NCBI GenBank assembly: GCA_048621695.1
Contig: JBMCVZ010000001.1
Coordinates: forward strand, 1-58,989
DNA: 58,989 nucleotides
From: Chloroflexota bacterium
GTDB lineage: Bacteria; Chloroflexota; Dehalococcoidia; GIF9; AB-539-J10
Direction of reading: 5' to 3'
The translations under genes were made by a program, and so were the position numbers. The notes beneath the pieces are model-generated. The model did not search any database. It was given only the letters and a program-made list of their open reading frames with translations, and was not told the DNA's origin. Shown piece after piece: positions 37,705-46,225 of this stretch. The first letter of the stretch is position 1; each line of letters opens with the position of its first letter.

Positions 37705-38634
37705 ATGAAGACTAAAAGTAATTTGGAAATGGTTCTAGGGGCTGGACAGTTTGCAGTTACAGGTGAATTGGGACCGCCACAAAGCGCCGACTCTGAGACA
37801 ATTAGAAGAAAAGCGAAGATACTCAAGGGTCATGTAGACGCCGTTAATGTCACCGATGGCCAGACTGCAGTGGTGCGCATGTCATCTTGGGCAGCCTGTC
37901 TTATCGGTAAGGAAGAGGGTTTAGACCCTATTGTGCAGATGACTTGCCGTGACCGGAATCGTATTGCCCTTCAAATGGATATTTTAGGCATATCAGCACT
38001 GGGCCTCAATAATATGTTATGTCTCACGGGCGACCACCAGAAATTTGGCAATCATCCTACGGCCAAAGGTGTCTATGATCTCGATTCCATTCAATTTCTT
38101 AAGATGGTGAAGGACATGCGGGATGAGAGAAAGTTCCAGTGTGGCGAAGAGATGACGGTTGAGCCTCGCCTTTTCATCGGAGCTGCTGCCAATCCCTTTG
38201 CTGATCCCCTTGAGTTCAGGGCAGCACGCCTTGGTAAGAAAGTGGCGGCAGGGGCAGATTTCATCCAAACCCAGATTATCTACAATGTAGAGAAGTTCGC
38301 TGAATGGATGAAAATGGTACGGGACAGAGGATTACATGAGAAAGTAAAGATACTTGCTGGTGTTGCTCCCATAAAGTCAGTGGGTGCCGCAAAATATATG
38401 AAAAACAAAGTTCCTGGAATGGATGTGCCTGACAGCGTTGTTGAACGGCTCCAAGGAGTGCCTAAGGAGCAGGTGCCCAATGAGGGCATCAAGCTCTGCA
38501 TTGACATCATCAAGCAAGTACATGAAATTGAAGGTGTGGCGGGTATTCATCTCATGGCTATCGAATGGGAAGAAGTAGTGCCCGAAATAGTAGAGGCAGC
38601 TGGTCTTTTGCCCCGCCCCAAATCTGTACAGTAA
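37705..38634 (+). CDS. metF: 5,10-Methylenetetrahydrofolate reductase MetF
   Basis: It shows the MTHFR TIM-barrel pattern: FAVTGELGPPQSAD, AVNVTDGQTAVVRMSS, LCLTGDH, ADFIQTQIIYN. The length is 309 aa. Confidence 0.85.
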   Translation: MKTKSNLEMVLGAGQFAVTGELGPPQSADSETIRRKAKILKGHVDAVNVTDGQTAVVRMSSWAACLIGKEEGLDPIVQMTCRDRNRIALQMDILGISALGLNNMLCLTGDHQKFGNHPTAKGVYDLDSIQFLKMVKDMRDERKFQCGEEMTVEPRLFIGAAANPFADPLEFRAARLGKKVAAGADFIQTQIIYNVEKFAEWMKMVRDRGLHEKVKILAGVAPIKSVGAAKYMKNKVPGMDVPDSVVERLQGVPKEQVPNEGIKLCIDIIKQVHEIEGVAGIHLMAIEWEEVVPEIVEAAGLLPRPKSVQ

Positions 38635-39281
38635 TGAAAGATTCTAGTTCTTTATCAGACAGTCCCTGGGAACGGGGTTTCGATATCTCTTATAAGCTTG
38701 CTCGTGAGAGGCTGGCCAAAATCAATAATATAAAAGAGCAATGTCGCAAAAGTGGTGCTAGATATCTGGCACCCAACGAGATCGTTATTAATTATCTAAA
38801 TCAACCGTACCATATTACACTTCCCGACATTGATATATTACTGGAGGGCAGTGATGCGAAAGTCCCGCTGAGAGACAAAATCCTGATACTTCACTATTTC
38901 ACTGAAGCAAAGGGTAACCCGGCTGCTGGTAAATTGATTGCCTACAAACAGCTACCGGGAGGCATCAGTTATTTCCCGGCATTTTCCCGAAGAGCAATAA
39001 CTCCTCTTGTAAAGCACTTTGGCAAAAGTCCTGAGATGCTAATAAAGGCAGCGGCAAAGTTAGGAGGCCGCGAGACAGACTACGGGGATGTTTCTGTGAC
39101 CATTAATGCTTTCGACCATGTGCCCATAACCTTAGTGTTATGGAGGGGCGATGCGGAGCTGGCTCCCAATGGAAATATATTGTTCGATGCTAATATCTCT
39201 GATTATCTTTCCACTGAGGATGTAACTGTGCTTACCGAAACTCTTATCTGGAAGCTGGTGAAGGATATTCCATCTGCCTAA
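38634..39281 (+). CDS. DUF3786 domain protein
   Basis: The start MKDSSS... shares 1 nt with the metF stop (TAATG). The pattern ILILHYFTEAKGNPAAGKLIAYKQLPGGISYFPAF...GDVSV...VLWRGDAEL matches my memory of DUF3786, a family often found beside corrinoid and Wood-Ljungdahl genes. Confidence 0.6.
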   Translation: MKDSSSLSDSPWERGFDISYKLARERLAKINNIKEQCRKSGARYLAPNEIVINYLNQPYHITLPDIDILLEGSDAKVPLRDKILILHYFTEAKGNPAAGKLIAYKQLPGGISYFPAFSRRAITPLVKHFGKSPEMLIKAAAKLGGRETDYGDVSVTINAFDHVPITLVLWRGDAELAPNGNILFDANISDYLSTEDVTVLTETLIWKLVKDIPSA

Positions 39282-39508
39282 CCAAATACCTAATAAACTT
39301 GCGCTATCGCTTTGACGCGAAATTAACAATCCCGATGTCTATATTTGCGTTAGCGTCCCAATTTATGATACAGTCCAAGCCTTGAAGCTACTCTCTGGAA
39401 ATTGGTTGGTCGGAAATTTTGAAGGCAACTGTTTCAAACTCTGGGCTTTCCCTCTCCAAGGTCAAGGTGACATAATGTGCCTTATGTTCGTTGAGAAAGG
39501 AATAGGCA

Positions 39509-42500
39509 ATGACTGAAGAAGGCATAATTACATTGAATATTGATGGTAAGAACATAAAAGCTAGGCAGGGGCAGACGATATTGGAGGCTGCCAGAAACTC
39601 AGGAATCTACATTCCCAGTCTTTGTTACTATCCCGGTATAAAACCGCTACCCCAAGTAATTCCTGATGCGGCTTGCCAGCTTTGCGTAGTGGAGACAAAC
39701 AACAATATCGTGCTCTCCTGTGTTACTCCCGTCTCTGAGCGAATGGTAGTTAAGACAAAGACGCCAAAGTTACAAGAACTACAGCAGAAGAAATTGCTTG
39801 TCATTTTAGCTAGACAACCTGCAGATATCTGCTTTGAAAAAAGAAACTGCGAACTTCAGAAAGCCATCGACTATATCGGTTTAAAGGAGATACCTGTCCA
39901 TGTTTCCAGGTCTTTAGCTACTTTAGAGGATAATCCTTTCTTCGCTCGTGATTCAAGCTTTTGCATTTTATGCCATCGCTGTCTTCGGGTCTGCGATGAG
40001 ATAAGAGGACTAGGGGTGATCGAACCTGCCTTTCCATGTTACAAAGCTTGTCCTGCTGGTATAGACGTTCCTCGTTATATTCGCCTTATTGCCAAAGGGA
40101 GACCAAGCGCTGCCTTAGCAGTGATAAGAGAAAAGGTTCCCTTTCCTGCTGTATTGGGTAGAGTATGCGCTGCCCCATGCCAGAAGGAATGTCGGCGTGG
40201 CCTAGACGTGGATGAAACATTACAAATAAGAATTCTTAAGCGCTTTGCCGCTGACAATGGTGATGATAGCTGGAAAAAACAAGCAAAGTCCCTTCCACCA
40301 ACTGGCAAAAGCATAGCGGTAGTTGGGGCGGGACCAGCAGGGCTTACCTGTGCTTATTATCTGGCCAAGCTAGGACACAAGGTAACTGTATTTGAAGCTC
40401 TCCCCGAGCCCGGTGGAATGATGAGAGTGGGGATTCCGGAATATCGCCTTCCGCGGAATATACTCAGCGACGAGATTCGAGAAATTGAGATGGCGGGTGT
40501 GGAAATCAGACTGAACACTCGGGTCGAGTCCTTAGACTCCCTTTTTGAACAGGGATACCAGGCGATTTTTCTAGCCATCGGTGCTCACCAAGAAATGAAG
40601 CTGGGGGTAGAAGGAGAAGGCGTGCTTGGGGTAATTGGGTGTGTTGAATTCCTTCGCCGGTTTAATCTTGGAGAGGAAGTGGAGCTGGGGGATAGGGTAG
40701 GGGTGATTGGTGGAGGAAACGTTGCCCTAGATTCTGCACGCACTGTTATACGGCTTGGCGCTAGGAGAGTGACCATTTTCTACCGCAGGACAAAGAACGA
40801 GATGCCAGCCCAACTAGAAGAGATAGAACAAGCATTGGAGGAGGGAGTTGAAATCATCTTTCTCGTTGCTCCTTCGAAGATTTTCAGAGAGAATGATGAC
40901 CTGAAGCTGGAGTTGATCCGCATGGAGTTAGGAGAGCCTGATGCTAGTGGCAGACGCCGACCTGTTCCGATTAAGGGCACTGAGTTTATCGCTGAGCTTG
41001 ATACTTTAATTGCTGCCATTGGCGAACAACCAGATGTTCCTGCGGGCTTCCAGGTCGAAGTAAAGCGGGGGAATATTTTGAAGGTCAATGAAGACCTAAG
41101 CACGAGTCGAGAGGGCGTTTTTGCTGGAGGTGATTGTGAGAGTGGCCCAGCTTTGGTCATCGATGCTATTGCAGCGGGAAGAAAGGCAGCTCAGTCCATT
41201 GACCGTTATCTTGGTGGCAGAGGGGATATTACAGAGCATCTGGTGCCTGCCGAGGAGGCAATGGCCTGGTTAGAAGATATATCTACAGGAGAAAAATTGG
41301 CTACCATTTCTTATCTTGCGCCACAGACACGCATTGATGGTCTTTCTGAAGTGGAGCAGGGAATGAATTGGGAGACAGCCGTTGCCGAAGCTCAACGCTG
41401 CCTCCAGTGCCATGCTATTGCCCCCTTAAATGAGCGAACACTTCGCGAGGTCGACTGCAAATTCTGCGGTGCCTGCGTTGATTCTTGTCCTACTAATGCC
41501 CTTGTTGATTTGGCTACTCGCGGGCTGGCGGAGCCTGACCGTGTAGTTACCACAATTTGTCCCTATTGTGGTGTTGGCTGCCAGTTAAATCTTCTGGTCA
41601 AGGATGAAAAGATAATAGCTTCCACCCCTGATCCAGATGGTGTGGCTAATCATGGGCAGGCATGTGTTAAAGGTCGCTTTGGCATCGCCGAGTTCGTCCA
41701 TCATCCCGAGAGGCTGACCACTCCCTTGATAAGAAAGAATGGGGAGTTGAAAGAGGCATCCTGGGAAGAAGCACTGGAACTGGTGGCTAAAAAATTGAAG
41801 GGTTACACACCAGCTGAAGTAGGCATCATCGCCTCAGCAAAGTGTACCAATGAAGAAAACTATGTCATGCAAAAATTCGCTCGAGCAGTGCTGGGTACTA
41901 ATAATGTTGATCACTGCGCTCGGCTATGTCATGCCCCTACAGTGGCTGGCCTGGTGCAGAGCTTTGGCAGTGGAGCAATGACTAATTCAATCAATGAAAT
42001 TGGCGACGCCGCTTGTATTTTGGCTATCGGCACTAATACTACAGAAGATCATCCTGTGATTGGGCTTGAGGTGAAGAGAGCAGTAAATAATGGCGGGAAG
42101 CTCATCGTGGCCAACCCCCGCCAGATTGACCTGTGCCACTTCGCCAGCCTCTGGCTGCAGCATAATCCCGGCACAGATGTCGCCCTGCTCATGGGGATGA
42201 TGCGGGTTATAGTAGATGAGGGATTATTGGACTCGGCCTTTATCAAGGATAGATGTGAGAACTTCGATGCTTTCAAGGAGTCGCTAAAAGATTTTGACCT
42301 TGATACTGCTGAGCAAATTACTGGCGTGCCACAGGACAAAATAATCGAAGCTGCCCGTATTTTCGCCACTAATAGTCCTGCCACCATACTTTATTCCATG
42401 GGCATTACTCAGCATTCTCACGGCACTGACAACGTGCTGGCTACCGCCAATCTGGCAATGCTCACCGGCAATATGGGCAAGCCTTCAACCGGGGTCAATC

Positions 42501-43558
42501 CACTCAGAGGTCAGAACAATGTACAGGGTGCCTGCGATATGGGTGCCTTGCCTAATGTCTATCCTGGCTATCAATCAGTGGCCGATCCAGCTATTAGAGA
42601 GAAATTCGAAGCTGCTTGGGGCTTCGGATTACCACCATCCCCAGGGTTAACCTTAGTTGAGATTTTCGATGCCGCATACCGCAAAGAGATAAAGGCGATA
42701 TATCTGGTTGGTGAGAACCCGGCATTAAGTGACCCTGATACCCAGCATGTCTGGGAGGCGCTGTCTCGGCTTGATTTCTTTGTTGTTCAGGATATATTCC
42801 TTTCTGAGACAGCAAGACTTGCCCATGTTGTCTTGCCAGCGGCGAGTTTTGCTGAAAAGGATGGCACCTTCACTAACACCGAACGCCGGGTACAGAGAGT
42901 GCGGAAAGCTATCCAGCCCGTAGGCGATTCCAAACCTGACTGGTGGACCGTCTGCCAGTTGGCCAAAAAGTTGGATGCCAAGGGCTTTGACTACAGCCAC
43001 CCATCTGACATAATGGAGGAAATTCGCAATCTTACGCCCAGCTATGGTGGGATAGGTTATCAGAGATTAGAAAATGGTGGACTTCAGTGGCCTTGTCCTA
43101 TTGATGACCATCCAGGCACGCCGATATTACACACGAATATTTTTGTTAAAGGGAAGGGTAGATTCATACCACTAAAATACATCCCTCCTGAAGAGGTGCC
43201 AGATGAAAACTATCCTCTGATTCTCACCACAGGACGCAGCCTGTATCATTTCCACACTGGCACCATGACCCGCAAGGTGGCTGGACTTAACATTATAGAG
43301 CCTGAAGGGGTAGTGGAAATCAGCCCTCAGGATGCTTCGAAACTCGGTATAGATCAAGGGGGCAAGGTAAAAGTTATCTCTCGGCGTGGTGAAGTTATCA
43401 CTAAAGCTAAAATAACTGAAACAATGCCACCCGGCTTAGTGTTCATGGCTTTCCATTTCGCCGAAAGTGCTGCTAATATCCTCACCAATCCCAAGCTCGA
43501 CCCGGTGTCCAAAATTCCCGAGCTCAAAGTCTCAGCAGTCAAAGTTGAGAAACTGTAG
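39509..43558 (+). CDS. Formate dehydrogenase alpha subunit (Mo/W-bis-MGD, Cys-type) with a GltD/SfrB-like FAD/NAD(P)H module inserted in its N-terminal ferredoxin region
   Basis: Residues 1-170 carry a [2Fe-2S] site (SLCYYPG..CQLC..C) and one 4Fe-4S motif (CILCHRCLRVC). Residues ~177-570 are GltD-like (CPAGIDVPRYIRLI, VAVVGAGPAGLTCAYYLAKLGHKVTVFEALPEPGGMMRVGIPEYRLP, VIGGGNVALDSA, VFAGGD). These are followed by CKFCGACVDSCP, CPYCGVGCQL, the active-site region HCARLCHAPT, and a standard FdhA end (KVSAVKVEKL). Confidence 0.85.
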   Translation: MTEEGIITLNIDGKNIKARQGQTILEAARNSGIYIPSLCYYPGIKPLPQVIPDAACQLCVVETNNNIVLSCVTPVSERMVVKTKTPKLQELQQKKLLVILARQPADICFEKRNCELQKAIDYIGLKEIPVHVSRSLATLEDNPFFARDSSFCILCHRCLRVCDEIRGLGVIEPAFPCYKACPAGIDVPRYIRLIAKGRPSAALAVIREKVPFPAVLGRVCAAPCQKECRRGLDVDETLQIRILKRFAADNGDDSWKKQAKSLPPTGKSIAVVGAGPAGLTCAYYLAKLGHKVTVFEALPEPGGMMRVGIPEYRLPRNILSDEIREIEMAGVEIRLNTRVESLDSLFEQGYQAIFLAIGAHQEMKLGVEGEGVLGVIGCVEFLRRFNLGEEVELGDRVGVIGGGNVALDSARTVIRLGARRVTIFYRRTKNEMPAQLEEIEQALEEGVEIIFLVAPSKIFRENDDLKLELIRMELGEPDASGRRRPVPIKGTEFIAELDTLIAAIGEQPDVPAGFQVEVKRGNILKVNEDLSTSREGVFAGGDCESGPALVIDAIAAGRKAAQSIDRYLGGRGDITEHLVPAEEAMAWLEDISTGEKLATISYLAPQTRIDGLSEVEQGMNWETAVAEAQRCLQCHAIAPLNERTLREVDCKFCGACVDSCPTNALVDLATRGLAEPDRVVTTICPYCGVGCQLNLLVKDEKIIASTPDPDGVANHGQACVKGRFGIAEFVHHPERLTTPLIRKNGELKEASWEEALELVAKKLKGYTPAEVGIIASAKCTNEENYVMQKFARAVLGTNNVDHCARLCHAPTVAGLVQSFGSGAMTNSINEIGDAACILAIGTNTTEDHPVIGLEVKRAVNNGGKLIVANPRQIDLCHFASLWLQHNPGTDVALLMGMMRVIVDEGLLDSAFIKDRCENFDAFKESLKDFDLDTAEQITGVPQDKIIEAARIFATNSPATILYSMGITQHSHGTDNVLATANLAMLTGNMGKPSTGVNPLRGQNNVQGACDMGALPNVYPGYQSVADPAIREKFEAAWGFGLPPSPGLTLVEIFDAAYRKEIKAIYLVGENPALSDPDTQHVWEALSRLDFFVVQDIFLSETARLAHVVLPAASFAEKDGTFTNTERRVQRVRKAIQPVGDSKPDWWTVCQLAKKLDAKGFDYSHPSDIMEEIRNLTPSYGGIGYQRLENGGLQWPCPIDDHPGTPILHTNIFVKGKGRFIPLKYIPPEEVPDENYPLILTTGRSLYHFHTGTMTRKVAGLNIIEPEGVVEISPQDASKLGIDQGGKVKVISRRGEVITKAKITETMPPGLVFMAFHFAESAANILTNPKLDPVSKIPELKVSAVKVEKL

Positions 43559-43596
43559 GCACTTTATAAATAATAGCATTGCGATGCACCAGAGCC

Positions 43597-45123
43597 TCAG
43601 GTGTAGCAGAAGGGAAACAGCCTCTTAGGCTGCTCTAAACTATTGCTCTGATTATAAAGCTTTGTCGGCGTTTTGATTATTATTTGGGTGCCCTTTCCTA
43701 TTTGGGAGCTAACTTCAAGTTCTCCACCTATTAATTGGGCTCGTTCTACCATACCGGTGAGCCCCAACTTACCTCGACTGGCAAAATCACTTAGCTGCCG
43801 GGGAAGCTCAAAACCCTTGCCATTATCGCTAATCGTTATTCTGACCTCGTTTTCCCGGTATTCCATCGTAATGCTGGCTTGGGATGCCTCAGAATGGCGG
43901 TGAATATTATTTAAGGCTTCTTGAACAATGCGGAACAGAACTAGCTGTGTTTCTGGAGGGAGTGGTGGGACGGCATCTGCTTCGACCTGGATTTCGATTC
44001 CACTAAAGTTATGTGTTTCCTCAGCCAGCCATTTGATAGCCGCCAGCAAACCTAAATCATCCAGAATGCCTGGCCTGAGAGCCTGAGCATAGTGCTTAAT
44101 GCTTTGATAGGTTTGCTGGGACAGTTCATGTAGTTTCTCCAACTCATTTCTCAGCTCTTGAGGCAAATATCTCTCAGATTTAGCGGCAAGGTTATCTACG
44201 CCATGTGTTAGAAGCAATATTTGTTGAGAGGTGTCGTCATGAAGTTCACGAGCAAGGCGTTTCCGTTCTTCCTCCTGAGCTTGCAGAACCTGCCTGAGGT
44301 AGAACTGCACATTATCCTGTAATTTTCTCTCTTCGGTTATATCACGAGCCATATTCTGAAAAGCTTTGGGCTTGCCATCGCTAACAATAAGACGAGTGGA
44401 TAATTGAAAGATTGCTTCAGAGCCATCTTTTTTGATTGCCCGCTGCTCATAGCGGTGTTCCATAGCTTCGCCTCTCAATAGCCTATCTCTCACCTGTCTC
44501 GCTAAAGGCACTGCCTGTGGGGTAAGAAACTCGCGGACATTTTTGCCTGTAAATTCTGAAACCGAGTAGCCCGTGAGCCTTTCGCAGGCTTTATTGGCCA
44601 AAATGATATTGCCCTCTATATCGTGAATCCAGATAGCATCGCTGGCGTTAGCAAATAATTCCTCATAGTTTTGTTGCGACAATTCCAGATTCTTTATAGC
44701 CTCTTCTAATCTACCTTGCCGCTGTTTATCTTGATGGTAGGCTGCCATAAGTGCAATGGCTAAAGCGCCAATAACAAGGCTAGCAAGGCTTTCCAAGAGC
44801 GCATCTCCTAGATTAGGGCAAATCAAAAAGGTGCGAAGTAACATTACCAAAGCGCTTGATAGCCATACTGCGGCGCCCCCGATTATTCCCAGTGTCCAGC
44901 CTGCATATACTACTAACAAGAGATAAAGAAGTCGCTCCAAACTGTGCCGTAAAAGCTCTAGATCTGCGGGCACCGAGACCTCACCCAAGAAAGGTATTTG
45001 AAAAAGGAGCTGCGTAAAATGAGATATGGTTAGGAGAATGAACAAAACGATAATAATCCAGAGGTGTGGGTTTCCTAACCTCGGAGTTTGTCCTCGGTAT
45101 TCTCTAAGGTAACTAATCCCCAT
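43597..45123 (-). CDS. Sensor histidine kinase (membrane N-terminus, PAS, HisKA_3 H-box, HATPase)
   Basis: It has 4-5 TM helices, a PAS-like region (NASDAIWIHDIEGNIILANKACERLTGY), the H-box ERKRLARELHDDTSQQI, and N/G boxes (EALNNIHRH, DNGKGF, GLTGM). The start overlaps the regulator gene by 49 nt, so an internal alternative start is possible. Confidence 0.85.
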   Translation of the reverse strand: MGISYLREYRGQTPRLGNPHLWIIIVLFILLTISHFTQLLFQIPFLGEVSVPADLELLRHSLERLLYLLLVVYAGWTLGIIGGAAVWLSSALVMLLRTFLICPNLGDALLESLASLVIGALAIALMAAYHQDKQRQGRLEEAIKNLELSQQNYEELFANASDAIWIHDIEGNIILANKACERLTGYSVSEFTGKNVREFLTPQAVPLARQVRDRLLRGEAMEHRYEQRAIKKDGSEAIFQLSTRLIVSDGKPKAFQNMARDITEERKLQDNVQFYLRQVLQAQEEERKRLARELHDDTSQQILLLTHGVDNLAAKSERYLPQELRNELEKLHELSQQTYQSIKHYAQALRPGILDDLGLLAAIKWLAEETHNFSGIEIQVEADAVPPLPPETQLVLFRIVQEALNNIHRHSEASQASITMEYRENEVRITISDNGKGFELPRQLSDFASRGKLGLTGMVERAQLIGGELEVSSQIGKGTQIIIKTPTKLYNQSNSLEQPKRLFPFCYT

Positions 45124-45758
45124 TGTAATCCTTTGACTATTGCCTCACTGCGTGAGGCAACATTCAATTTGTTGAAGATATTAGTTAGGTGAGCTTTGAT
45201 AGTGCGCTGGCTGAGAAACAATTTTTCTGCTATCTCTTTGTTGCTCATTCCCGACGTGACTAAATTAAGTATCTCTGATTCCCGCTCACTCAGTAGGTCC
45301 GACGCCTTGTGCTTCCCAGCTGGCGCTGTTGTAGCTCGCTTTAGCAATTTGGCGATAATTTTGGGGTGGAGCACTGATTCACCTGATCTTATGGCCCGAA
45401 TAGCCCCAACCAAATCACGCCCCCTAGCGCTTTTCAGCAGATAGCCGGCAGCTCCGGCATCAAGTAATCCCAGTACATACTCGTCATCATCATAAGCAGT
45501 GAGGACTAGAATGGCTGTGTCAGGAGCAGACTCTTTGATCTTTCTGGTGGCTTCAATTCCATTGAGTTTGGGCATGACAATGTCCATCACCGCTACATTG
45601 GGCTTCAATTCTGAGGCAAACTTGACTGCTTCCTCGCCATCACCGACCTCAGCCACAACTTCTATGTCCTCCTCACCCTCTAGTGCTCGATGTAGGGCTT
45701 CACGCACCAAAGGGTGGTCGTCAGCAATCAAGACTGTTAACTTGTCTCTTGTTCCCAA
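45075..45758 (-). CDS. NarL/LuxR-family response regulator
   Basis: The receiver domain is VLIADDHPLVREAL...VAVMDIVMPKLNG. The C-terminal HTH is LSERESEILNLVTSGMSNKEIAEKLFLSQRTIKAHLTNIFNKL. Confidence 0.9.
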   Translation of the reverse strand: MGTRDKLTVLIADDHPLVREALHRALEGEEDIEVVAEVGDGEEAVKFASELKPNVAVMDIVMPKLNGIEATRKIKESAPDTAILVLTAYDDDEYVLGLLDAGAAGYLLKSARGRDLVGAIRAIRSGESVLHPKIIAKLLKRATTAPAGKHKASDLLSERESEILNLVTSGMSNKEIAEKLFLSQRTIKAHLTNIFNKLNVASRSEAIVKGLQWGLVTLENTEDKLRG

Positions 45759-45925
45759 TTTTCCAACTTGTCGAACCCATTATAAGCTCATGTGCACTTT
45801 AGGGCAAGCAGACTGCCCTTTTGGACGTAACTAAAATACTACTGCCAACTGTAACCTATGGACGATGGCTGACAATCAAGCAATTGCTAGACTTAGTTTA
45901 AAGCAAGAGGAAAGGATGGATAAGG

Positions 45926-46210
45926 ATGACTAAATGGATTCCAGTAACAAATGAAGAGGTTAAGGAAGGGGTTGTGTCAGAGAGAAGGGATTTACTCGCT
46001 GTTTTAAAGAGAGCGGCTAACGAATCGGAATTCTTGGCGCGATTAGCTGAGAATCCTCACGAGGCTCTAAAAGAGTATTACTCTTTGACTAACGAGGAGA
46101 GAGCTGCCTTAGCCAGCGGGGACATCAGGAAAATAGAATCATGGGTAGGTAAGCTAGATAAAGAGCTAGCTACCTGGCTGTGGTGCCGGCTATCTCAAGA
46201 GAAATGGTGA
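45926..46210 (+). CDS. Small helical protein, free-standing paralog of the C-terminal extension of the downstream FdhA
   Basis: It is 94 aa. Residues ~23-94 (LLAVLKRAANESEFLARLAENPHEALKEYYSLTNEERAALASGDIRKIESWVGKLDKELATWLWCRLSQEKW) align along their full length with the last 70 aa of the 48674..51637 product. The RBS is AAGGA. Confidence 0.6.
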   Translation: MTKWIPVTNEEVKEGVVSERRDLLAVLKRAANESEFLARLAENPHEALKEYYSLTNEERAALASGDIRKIESWVGKLDKELATWLWCRLSQEKW

Positions 46211-46225
46211 GTAGTGAGGTATGAA

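Noticed and set aside
39282-39508. Possible Moco riboswitch or other leader element in the 227-nt spacer upstream of the fused FDH gene.
   Set aside because: I could not recognise the conserved Moco-motif helices or any convincing promoter with correct spacing. An Infernal scan against Rfam would settle it.
45075-45123. A 49-nt overlap between the response-regulator 3' end and the kinase 5' end, suggesting a frameshift or fusion.
   Set aside because: Both frames are intact with complete domains, and the overlap is more simply explained by start-codon choice. No alternative ATG exists near the first TM helix, so I kept the ATG at 45123.
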